A stretch of DNA of 46,753 nucleotides from positions 1 through 46,753 of the forward strand of contig CAYPOV010000002.1 in the NCBI GenBank assembly GCA_964412385.1. The letters are read 5' to 3'. Both the position numbers and the translations under genes were made by a program. The notes under the pieces are model-generated. The model saw only the letters and a list, made by a program, of their open reading frames with translations, did no database searches and was not told the DNA's origin. How positions within the stretch are numbered: position 1 is the stretch's first letter; the number at the start of each line of letters is the position of its first letter. Of this stretch, positions 17,860 through 25,652 are shown in pieces. This stretch comes from an uncultured Geminicoccaceae bacterium (GTDB lineage Bacteria > Pseudomonadota > Alphaproteobacteria > Geminicoccales > Geminicoccaceae).

Positions 17860-18765
17860 ATGAATGATGTCCAGAAATTCGTGCGTGCGACACATTTTGC
17901 TGCCAGGGCGCACGCCAATCAGCGGCGCAAAGGCGCTGCCCAAGAACCCTATTTCAATCACCTGATCGAAGTCTCTGAGATGGTCTCGGATGCTGTCGAG
18001 GGTGCCGATCTCGACCTGATCATTGCAGCCCTCCTCCATGACACGGTCGAGGACACGCATGTGACGGAAAGCGATTTGCGCGCCCTCTTCGGGGCCCGTG
18101 TCGCCAGTCTTGTCTTGGAATGCTCCGATGACATGACCATCACCAAAGAAGAGCGCAAACGCCAGCGTATCGAGCATGCGGCATCACGCTCGAATGATGC
18201 CAAGATGATCAAGACGGCTGATCTGATCTCGAATCTCGAAGGAATGGCAAAATCACCGCCGGCGGGTTGGTCCATCGAGCACCGGCTGGGCTATCTCCAG
18301 GGCTCAAAACAGTTGCACGCCGCGATGCGTGGAGTGTCCGCATTGCTCGACATGAAATTTGACGAAACAGCGGCGATGGCCAGCAATATCTGCACGGCTC
18401 AGGCCAAAAAGCTGATCGATGAACCGATCGCCGTGCCGGAAAGCTACAGCATCGATCCGACCGCAGGCCAGCCGGTGCATCTCATCTACTTTGCCAACAC
18501 GGAGTCGCAGCCGATCACTGAGGAGGATCGCGAAAAGCTGGCGAGGATCGCCGCCAAGTCGTTTCCAAGTGTCACCATGGCAGACGCAGAAGCTGTCTTT
18601 GAGGGGGCGCGGCGGCCGATCATCATGCTCCGAATACGCACCGACAGCACGGATTCGATTGTCGCTCTTGCCCAGCGGCTGTGTGTCGAGTTCAATCAGC
18701 GCTTCGCCGGTGTCGAAACCGAACGCCGTTACATCCGTGTCTATGCTGATGACACAGGGGGCTAG
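17860..18765 (+). CDS. HD-domain phosphohydrolase (SpoT/Mesh1-like small alarmone hydrolase type) fused to an unassigned ~100-aa C-terminal domain
   Basis: 301 aa. The N-terminal half has HFAARAHANQRRKG...PYFNHLIEV...ALLHDTVEDT, the HD signature of RelA/SpoT-type hydrolase domains. Residues ~200-301 form a separate alpha/beta-looking module. Confidence 0.82.
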   Translation: MNDVQKFVRATHFAARAHANQRRKGAAQEPYFNHLIEVSEMVSDAVEGADLDLIIAALLHDTVEDTHVTESDLRALFGARVASLVLECSDDMTITKEERKRQRIEHAASRSNDAKMIKTADLISNLEGMAKSPPAGWSIEHRLGYLQGSKQLHAAMRGVSALLDMKFDETAAMASNICTAQAKKLIDEPIAVPESYSIDPTAGQPVHLIYFANTESQPITEEDREKLARIAAKSFPSVTMADAEAVFEGARRPIIMLRIRTDSTDSIVALAQRLCVEFNQRFAGVETERRYIRVYADDTGG

Positions 18766-19340
18766 GCGGCTTTCGACAGTCTCGCTTGATGAAGCATCTT
18801 GATCCACGGGCCGATATAACGGCCGTGGTCATGCCAGGTGCGGCCTGACACAAGGTTGCCGTCGATAACGCACGGCTCGTTGACGAAAATCCCACCACAC
18901 ACTTCAAGATCGAATTGGCATTTGGGTACCGTCGCCATGCGCCGGCCACGCACGCGATCGGCACGCGCAGGTATCTCGACACCATGACAAACACTCGCGA
19001 CCGGTTTGCCTGTGTCGAAGAAATGTTGGGTTATGCGGATGAGATCGGAATCATCACGAAGATACTCGGGAGCGCGGCCGCCCGAAAAGAAGATGCTCAG
19101 ATAGTCTTCGACATCGATATCGCGAAAAGCGATGTCGGCATCAATGGTGTAGCCTTCCCATTCCTTGGTAATAGTCCAGCCGGGCTTAACCTCATGGCAA
19201 ACCATTTGATAGCGTCGCTTTTCGGGTGCTGCGACGACCGGCAGGAAACCTTCCTCTTGAAGCCGGAAGTAAGGATAGAGCGTGTCGACGGTCTCGACCG
19301 CATCGCCGACGATAATCAAGACTTTACCCAGGTTTTCCAT
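18762..19340 (-). CDS. DJ-1/PfpI-family protein
   Basis: 192 aa. It has VLIIVGDAVETVDTLYP at the N-terminus and a nucleophile elbow ASVCHGVEI. Confidence 0.9.
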   Translation of the reverse strand: MENLGKVLIIVGDAVETVDTLYPYFRLQEEGFLPVVAAPEKRRYQMVCHEVKPGWTITKEWEGYTIDADIAFRDIDVEDYLSIFFSGGRAPEYLRDDSDLIRITQHFFDTGKPVASVCHGVEIPARADRVRGRRMATVPKCQFDLEVCGGIFVNEPCVIDGNLVSGRTWHDHGRYIGPWIKMLHQARLSKAA

Positions 19341-19372
19341 GACATCTTCTCCCTCGGACAGGGTTCGTGCGA

Positions 19373-20059
19373 TCAGGCGCTTAACGTGGTCTTCGTGCGA
19401 ACGTACTCGAGTTGGTAGATGTCGAGGCGTGCCCCATCCTCGATACCCAATGCTTGTAAGGGGCCAGCTTGCAGATGTTCGTTCTGAATGCGAGTGAGGA
19501 CATCGGGGCGTACCGCCTCGACCAACATCGACCAGCCCGGCATCTCGGTCTTGTCCTTGCGCCCTTCCTTTTCCTTTGTCTGGATCCCGCTGGCGCCGAG
19601 ATTGGTCTCGCCGAGATGAACGCCGGCGACACCGCGAAGTGCTAGGATAGGCACGAGCAGTTTGGCTTGAGCCTCATGGGTAAATGTCTCGGGATCGGAA
19701 ACTTCGAACCGCAGGGTTAGAATCGAGCCGCCCATGCCCGGTCCTTGAGAAAAACGCACACGCTGGATGGAACGGGCTGTGTTGCGAAAAAACTTGACGG
19801 TGGAAAGGGTCCAGGGTGTCGGATCGTTAAGCCGGTTCAGGTAGTCCTGGCCGGCCAAGGTCTCGGCGCTCAGCGCCTCGTAGAGTGTGAAGAATTCGGG
19901 ATTGGCGTCCGACCCAATGTAGCGGCGGCCACGAATAAATCCCGGAATGCCGACGCGCTCGGGCATATGTTCGTGGACATGCCACCAATAGAATTCGTCC
20001 CGACCTTCAGGCTCGATATCGTTCCAAATCGCGACAATGGCATCACCGGCGAGGCTCAT
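19373..20059 (-). CDS. Conserved-looking hypothetical protein with two ferredoxin-like (dimeric alpha/beta-barrel-like) halves
   Basis: 228 aa with coding-like GC3 usage. The N-terminus AIWNDIEPEGRDEFYWWHVHEHMPERVGIPGF resembles EthD/ABM-like stress-type barrels. The family was not identified with certainty. Confidence 0.65.
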   Translation of the reverse strand: MSLAGDAIVAIWNDIEPEGRDEFYWWHVHEHMPERVGIPGFIRGRRYIGSDANPEFFTLYEALSAETLAGQDYLNRLNDPTPWTLSTVKFFRNTARSIQRVRFSQGPGMGGSILTLRFEVSDPETFTHEAQAKLLVPILALRGVAGVHLGETNLGASGIQTKEKEGRKDKTEMPGWSMLVEAVRPDVLTRIQNEHLQAGPLQALGIEDGARLDIYQLEYVRTKTTLSA

Positions 20060-20099
20060 TAGGTTTTCCAGACAATGTCATTGCCGCGATTGATTGGTG

Positions 20100-21089
20100 C
20101 TAGCTCGAGCCCGGCAGGAACTCATTGGTATAGAAGTCAGAAGCCGGCCGATCCGTTTCCAGACCCCGATATTCCTTCAGAAGGTCGACGGTACGCTGCC
20201 AATCTTCGGCCGCGCCATAGCCCAAACCTTGGCCTTCGCTCGCCGGCGATTGCAGCAAGTCGAGATCGACGAGAAGTTGACCCTTGAGAACGTCCTTGTT
20301 GATATCCGGCTTGATCTTGGCGGCCGCTTCGATAGCGGCGTCCGGATCCTCGAGGGCGGCCTCATAGGACTTGCGCATGGCGCTCACAAAGCGTCGAATG
20401 AGATCAGGTTGATCTTCAATCGTTTCTTCATGGGCGATGACCGAAAGACCGACCGTATTCACGCCGATATCCGCAAAATTCATGACGGCGGCGTCAACAC
20501 CTTTCTCTTCGATTTGAAAGTATTGCGCATCGCCACTTCCAAGAAGTGCATCCGCTTTCTTTTCCAGGACCGACACGACTTTTGCTGCAGGATCGACGAA
20601 AACCATCTCGATAGCGTCGGCATCGAGATCGTTGGCCTTGACGACCGCAGGAAAAAGCTGGGTCAACGAATCGCCGGCGGTAACCGCGAGTTTCTTGCCC
20701 TCGAGGTCCTTAGGCGTGTTGATATTGGCATCCGCTCTCGACACGACACCGAAAGGCGAAATGTTCATAGGCGACATCACGGCTTTGATGGGGATGCCCT
20801 TCGAGGCTGCAAGGATCATCGTGCCCGCGTCTGCGATCCCGAACGTATCGCTCTTGGCGCCAATCACCTGCGTTGACACGCCGGAGCCCCGGCCCTCATT
20901 GATCGTGAGGTCAATGCCTTCATCGTCGAAATAGCCTCGTTCCACGCCCAGATAAATTGGCGCGTGAAAGCCAACCAAATACCAGTTCAAGCGAAGTGAA
21001 ACCTCGTCCGCGGCGTGTGCCGGCGTCCCTTGAAACAATGCCAACGAGAATAGGCCGGCCACCAAGCCGAACAGCGTGCGTCGATGCAT
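20100..21089 (-). CDS. NMT1/THI5-like (SsuA/nitrate-sulfonate-bicarbonate type) periplasmic binding protein, orphan
   Basis: 329 aa. It has the signal peptide MHRRTLFGLVAGLFSLALFQGTPAHA and the segment LRLNWYLVGFHAPIYLGVERGYFDDEGIDL typical of the family. Confidence 0.87.
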   Translation of the reverse strand: MHRRTLFGLVAGLFSLALFQGTPAHAADEVSLRLNWYLVGFHAPIYLGVERGYFDDEGIDLTINEGRGSGVSTQVIGAKSDTFGIADAGTMILAASKGIPIKAVMSPMNISPFGVVSRADANINTPKDLEGKKLAVTAGDSLTQLFPAVVKANDLDADAIEMVFVDPAAKVVSVLEKKADALLGSGDAQYFQIEEKGVDAAVMNFADIGVNTVGLSVIAHEETIEDQPDLIRRFVSAMRKSYEAALEDPDAAIEAAAKIKPDINKDVLKGQLLVDLDLLQSPASEGQGLGYGAAEDWQRTVDLLKEYRGLETDRPASDFYTNEFLPGSS

Positions 21090-21166
21090 TCTTAGTCTCC
21101 CCGATTTATGTTGTGCGAAACAGAACGCCGATAAGGAAATTGAGTCAAGAATGGGATCGCAAGCAA

Positions 21167-22093
21167 GTGCGCAACGCCGACATAGACAACGAGACGTATC
21201 AGCAGCTCTTGGACCGTGCCCGACCAGGTTGCCGACTTATGCGGACCCGTCCGCTTGAGGGAGGGGTGTCAGCCATTACCAACGTACTTGACATCGAGAA
21301 CCAAAACGGGAACCGCGAGCAGTTGGTTCTCAAGCGATTGGGCCTGGGAAATTTTTGCGACGAATGGGATCTCCCTTCGCTGGAGTACTTTAGCCTCGGA
21401 TATCTTCAGGATCTTAACTTCTCCGTGCCGGAACCGGTCCTCTATGAAGAGCCAGGAGTGTATTTCGACGAGCCCGTCTTGCTGATGTCCTTCATTGAGA
21501 ATGATCGCTCAGAGCCTGAAGACGTTTCGCGCAAGATGGCATTGATGGCACGAGAACTGACCACGCTTCATGCGACAACAAGCGGTCTCGAGAAACCATC
21601 ATTCTTGCCGCGACTTTGCGAAATTGAGGAGGCCAGGATCACAAGAGAGGTTGTCGACCCTCTTGAGCGTTATGGTGAAACGGCAATACGCGAGACCTTG
21701 CGGGCCAATTGGCCCATGGCGAAGCGGAATGCCGATGCCTTTCTCCATGGCGATTACTGGCCCGAAAACATCCTCTGGCGAAATGGAGAGATTGCAGCCA
21801 TTGTCGACTGGGAGGGAGCAGCATTCGGCGATCCCGTGGCCGACCTTGCCGTCGCGCGGCTCGAAATTTTATGGATGCATGGCGATGACGCTACGGAAGA
21901 GTTTACCGAACAATATCGCGCTGTGTCCGGTGCCGACCTGACCGATCTTCCGCTCCACGATCTCCTCGCCGCGCTTATGCCGATCCGCTGGTTTTCAAGC
22001 TGGGCAGAATCAGAAGAGGAGCGCCAATCGATGCGTGATGGTCACCGGAGATTGACAAGCCGTGCGATTGAACGGTTGCGCAGAAGCCGCTAG
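21167..22093 (+). CDS. Aminoglycoside-phosphotransferase-fold (APH/choline-kinase family) kinase
   Basis: The catalytic loop is HGDYWPENILW and the metal-binding segment is IVDWEGAAFGDPVADLA. The track ORF (from 20957) overlaps the divergent SBP gene. I place the start at GTG 21167, with ATG 21239 as an alternative. Confidence 0.78.
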   Translation: MRNADIDNETYQQLLDRARPGCRLMRTRPLEGGVSAITNVLDIENQNGNREQLVLKRLGLGNFCDEWDLPSLEYFSLGYLQDLNFSVPEPVLYEEPGVYFDEPVLLMSFIENDRSEPEDVSRKMALMARELTTLHATTSGLEKPSFLPRLCEIEEARITREVVDPLERYGETAIRETLRANWPMAKRNADAFLHGDYWPENILWRNGEIAAIVDWEGAAFGDPVADLAVARLEILWMHGDDATEEFTEQYRAVSGADLTDLPLHDLLAALMPIRWFSSWAESEEERQSMRDGHRRLTSRAIERLRRSR

Positions 22094-22103
22094 GCACTGC
22101 GGC

Positions 22104-23306
22104 ATGAAATACACACGAATCATTACTCTCGTCATTCTTGGTTTTGTCGCATCAGGCAGCCACGTCCGTGCCGAGCCAGAATGGTCCAGGATGGAAGAAG
22201 CGGCGCGCGGCCAGACGGTTCACTTCAATGCCTGGGGCGGGTCGCCTTCGATCAATGACTATCTTGGCTGGGTCGCAGAAGAATTGCGCGATCGCCATGA
22301 CATCGAGTTGGTTCATGTCAAACTCACCGACACCGCCGATGCGGTCTCGAGCGTCCTCGCGGAAAAGGCTGCTGGTCGAGACGACGGTGGCACTGTCGAT
22401 CTTATCTGGATCAATGGCGAGAACTTTGCGCGGATGAAGAACGCCGGATTGTTGTTCGGCCCATTTGTCGATCGTCTCCCCAATGCCGAATTGATCGACC
22501 AAGAGGATAATCAGACGGCCGTCATCGATTTTGCGCTTCCGACGGATGGCTTCGAAAGCCCCTGGGGTGTCTCGCAGTTCGTCATGGCGTACGAGGCCGA
22601 CGAGAGTCTCGAAGCGCCAGGATCGATGGATGAAGTCCTCGCGTGGGCCCGACAAAACCCGGGAAGGTTCACATATCCCGCACCTCCAAATTATATTGGG
22701 ACGACGTTCCTCAAGCAATGGCTTTACGAAATCGTCGAGGATGATGGTCTCTTGCTCGAGCCTGCCGATCCGGCACAATTCGCAACAATAACCAAACCAC
22801 TCTGGCACTGGCTCGATGCATTGCATCCGCATCTTTGGCGATCCGGCCGAGCCTTTCCCAAAAGCGATGTCGCCCAGCACCAATTGCTCAATGATGGCGA
22901 GGTCGCCATGACCTTCGCCTTCAATCCCGGCAACATCGCCAATATGGTGGAGACTGGCAGGCTTCCCGAGACCGTCGAGATCGCCATTATCGATGAGGGA
23001 ACGATCGGCAACACCCATTTCGTAGCGATTCCTTATAATGCCACAGCCAAAGAAGCGGCCATGGTGACGGCGAACTTCCTGCTCGAGCCGGAAGCCCAGG
23101 CACGCAAGGAAGATGCTGGAGTTTGGGGCGATCAGACCGTGCTCGATCTTGATGCTTTGGATCCCGAGGGCCAATCCTTCTTTGCCGATATCGAAGTGCA
23201 TCCTTTGGTGCCGCCACCCGGCTCCATTCGCCCGATCCTTCCGGAACCGCACCCTTCTTGGCATGAGCTTCTTGAAGCGGCATGGTTGGAGCGCTATCGC
23301 CGTTGA
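22104..23306 (+). CDS. ABC substrate-binding protein, YnjB-like
   Basis: The ATG at 22104 gives the signal peptide MKYTRIITLVILGFVASGSHVRA. The segments FNAWGGSPSINDYLGWV and DLIWINGENFARMK resemble E. coli YnjB from memory. A fused permease and a short ATPase follow, as in ynjBCD. Confidence 0.82.
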   Translation: MKYTRIITLVILGFVASGSHVRAEPEWSRMEEAARGQTVHFNAWGGSPSINDYLGWVAEELRDRHDIELVHVKLTDTADAVSSVLAEKAAGRDDGGTVDLIWINGENFARMKNAGLLFGPFVDRLPNAELIDQEDNQTAVIDFALPTDGFESPWGVSQFVMAYEADESLEAPGSMDEVLAWARQNPGRFTYPAPPNYIGTTFLKQWLYEIVEDDGLLLEPADPAQFATITKPLWHWLDALHPHLWRSGRAFPKSDVAQHQLLNDGEVAMTFAFNPGNIANMVETGRLPETVEIAIIDEGTIGNTHFVAIPYNATAKEAAMVTANFLLEPEAQARKEDAGVWGDQTVLDLDALDPEGQSFFADIEVHPLVPPPGSIRPILPEPHPSWHELLEAAWLERYRR

Positions 23307-25000
23307 GGCATATCGGGGTCCTGGCCCCTTGGATCATAGTCCTTCTTGTTGCGGGACCTGTTGCGGCCGGCCTGATCGGCACCTTGCTCCCGGCATTCGG
23401 TTATCTTCCGGCGATTGGCGCGCGTGAGTTCACATTAGAAGCATTCCGGGCTTATTTCGAAGCACCCGGTGCCGGCACGTCTCTCATCCTCTCAATCTGG
23501 ACGGGACTTGCAGGCGCCGTTCTAGCCCTACTGCTGGCCATGACCATGATGGCGGCCCTTGCGCAAACGAGAGTCTGGCGGTTCTTACACTCGTTGACGC
23601 CTCTCTTCCTTGCGGTCCCTCATGCGGCCATGGCTATCGGTTTCGCGTTTCTGATCGCGCCATCCGGACTTTTCTTGCGAATTGGATATCAGGCACTCGG
23701 GCTCGGAGATTCCGTGCCCCCGGATCTCTTGATCGTCAACGACCCGAATGGGCTTGCGCTGACGGTGGGGCTGGCGCTGCGCGAGACACCTTTCCTGCTG
23801 TTCGCACTCATGGCCGCGAGCCACCACCTCGACATCGATCATCAAAGTAAAATCGCACGAAGTTTGGGCTATCGCTCGATTGAAGTCTGGCTCTTCGTCA
23901 TCTTGCCGCAACTTTATCGCCGCATTCGCCTGCCTATGATCATAGTTATCGCTTATGGTGCAACGAATGCCGATATCGCATTGGTTTTGGGCCCGACCAG
24001 CCCGCCGACCTCGACAGTTCTCATCCTACAGTGGTTTCGTGATCCCGACCTTGCCAATCGTCTCTTAGGCACGGCAGGAGCACTGATCTTAACGCTTACA
24101 GTTGTTGCAGCGGTTCTCGCATGGCTCGCCATCGAGCATGCTGTCGGCAAGCTCCGCCAAAGCCTCGTCAATGCCGGGCTGGGCGGCATGTTCGGGCCAT
24201 TGACGACGTGGTCCGGAAGAATAGGCACTGTGGCAGTTTTTGGCGTGGGCATGCTCTCGCTGGCCGTTTTGGCAATCTGGTCGGTAACGGGACGGTGGCG
24301 ATTTCCCGATCTCTTGCCTGAACTCTGGTCTCTCGAATCATGGATGCGGTCAAGCGACGACTTATTGCGCGCGATTGGAACCACGCTGTCGATTGCCATG
24401 ATCACATCACTGATTGCGTTGATCTTGACCGTTCTCTGGTTCGAGAACCGGCGAGACCAGGATCGTGAAGGAACAAGCTCTTTAAAAATAGCCTTCCTCA
24501 CCGTGCCCCTTCTGATCCCACAGATCAGCTTCGTGTTCGGTCTTCAGATCGCCATGATCCGCCTTGATCTCGATGCAACTTACCTCGGTGTGATCCTTGC
24601 CCATCTGGTGTTCGCAATCCCGTACACCGCACTTCTCCTCGTCGATCCGTATCACTCGCTTGATCCACGCTTTGCGCGCACCGCTCTCTCGCTTGGTCGT
24701 CATCCCTGGGCCGTTTTTTGGCGCATCAAGCTGCCGCTTTTGGCCCGTCCCATCGCCTTTGTCTGGGCGATCGGCTTTAGCGTCAGTTGTGCGCAATATC
24801 TGACGACACTATTCGTGGGACAGGGCAGGGTCGTCACACTCACGCTCGAATCCCTTGCGCTGATCGGTGCTGGGGACCGGCGCGTGACCGCCGTGATGGC
24901 GATAGTCCTAGCACTGCTGCCGCTTTCCGCGTTTGTCGTGGCTGCCTTGCTGCCCCGCCTGCTCTGGCCTCGGCTTCATGTCCATAAAGGTGCAGGATGA
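23282..25000 (+). CDS. ABC permease with two fused transmembrane domains (YnjC-like)
   Basis: 572 aa and about 12 TM. It has two EAA-type loops (ARSLGYRSIEVWLFVILPQLYRRI and ALSLGRHPWAVFWRIKLPLLARPI). The start may instead be TTG 23303, which overlaps the upstream TGA. Confidence 0.87.
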   Translation: MVGALSPLRHIGVLAPWIIVLLVAGPVAAGLIGTLLPAFGYLPAIGAREFTLEAFRAYFEAPGAGTSLILSIWTGLAGAVLALLLAMTMMAALAQTRVWRFLHSLTPLFLAVPHAAMAIGFAFLIAPSGLFLRIGYQALGLGDSVPPDLLIVNDPNGLALTVGLALRETPFLLFALMAASHHLDIDHQSKIARSLGYRSIEVWLFVILPQLYRRIRLPMIIVIAYGATNADIALVLGPTSPPTSTVLILQWFRDPDLANRLLGTAGALILTLTVVAAVLAWLAIEHAVGKLRQSLVNAGLGGMFGPLTTWSGRIGTVAVFGVGMLSLAVLAIWSVTGRWRFPDLLPELWSLESWMRSSDDLLRAIGTTLSIAMITSLIALILTVLWFENRRDQDREGTSSLKIAFLTVPLLIPQISFVFGLQIAMIRLDLDATYLGVILAHLVFAIPYTALLLVDPYHSLDPRFARTALSLGRHPWAVFWRIKLPLLARPIAFVWAIGFSVSCAQYLTTLFVGQGRVVTLTLESLALIGAGDRRVTAVMAIVLALLPLSAFVVAALLPRLLWPRLHVHKGAG

Positions 25001-25632
25001 GCTTGACGCTCGAAGCCGTCACGATCGCGACTAGCGATACCGCTTTGTTGTCATCATTCAATCTCGAGGTTGGAGCTGGGGAAATGGTCACGCTGATGGG
25101 ACCGAGTGGACGCGGCAAGACCATGCTCCTCAACTACTTGACCGGCCACCTGCCGAACGGCGTTCGTGCGACCGGTGAGGTGCGGCTTGACGGCCGGCGG
25201 ATCGACAACCTCCGACCGGAAGATCGGGCGCTTGGGATCCTCTTTCAGGACGATCTTCTCTTTCCGCATATGAGCCTTGGTGAAAACCTCATGTTTGCCG
25301 TGCCGCGCTCTGTGAAGGGCCGTGACCAGCGCAGACTTCGTGCTCTAGAGGCGCTGGCTTGGGCCCAGCTGGACGAGTTCTTCGATCGCCATGTGCTCAC
25401 CTTATCTGGCGGCCAGGGACGTCGTGCGGCACTCGTGCGTGCGCTGCTTGCCGAACCCAAGGCGATGCTCCTCGATGAGCCCTTCACTGCACTCGATCTG
25501 GCACTCAGAGAGGAGATCCGCGCGTTCACGGTCCAACACTTGAAAGAACGTCATATTCCGACCCTGTTGGTGACGCATGATCCAAGCGATGCCGAGGCGG
25601 CACAAGGCCGTGTGTTCAAACCTTGGGGATAA
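24997..25632 (+). CDS. ABC ATP-binding protein (YnjD-like, short form)
   Basis: 211 aa. Walker A is GPSGRGKT, the signature is LSGGQGRRAALVRAL and Walker B is MLLDEPFTALD. There is a 4-nt start/stop overlap with the permease gene. Confidence 0.9.
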   Translation: MSLTLEAVTIATSDTALLSSFNLEVGAGEMVTLMGPSGRGKTMLLNYLTGHLPNGVRATGEVRLDGRRIDNLRPEDRALGILFQDDLLFPHMSLGENLMFAVPRSVKGRDQRRLRALEALAWAQLDEFFDRHVLTLSGGQGRRAALVRALLAEPKAMLLDEPFTALDLALREEIRAFTVQHLKERHIPTLLVTHDPSDAEAAQGRVFKPWG

Positions 25633-25652
25633 TGGTTTGTGCGGTGGGGAAA

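Noticed and set aside
22152-23264. Long antisense ORFs such as 22152..23264 (-, 370 aa), 13511..14362 (-), 44637..45659 (-), 20094..20876 (+), 8418..9038 (-), 9737..10303 (-) and 41768..42298 (-)
   Set aside because: Each lies entirely opposite a gene with strong family motifs. Their translations are Arg/Gly/His-rich with no recognisable domains, as expected for stop-poor antisense frames in GC-rich DNA.
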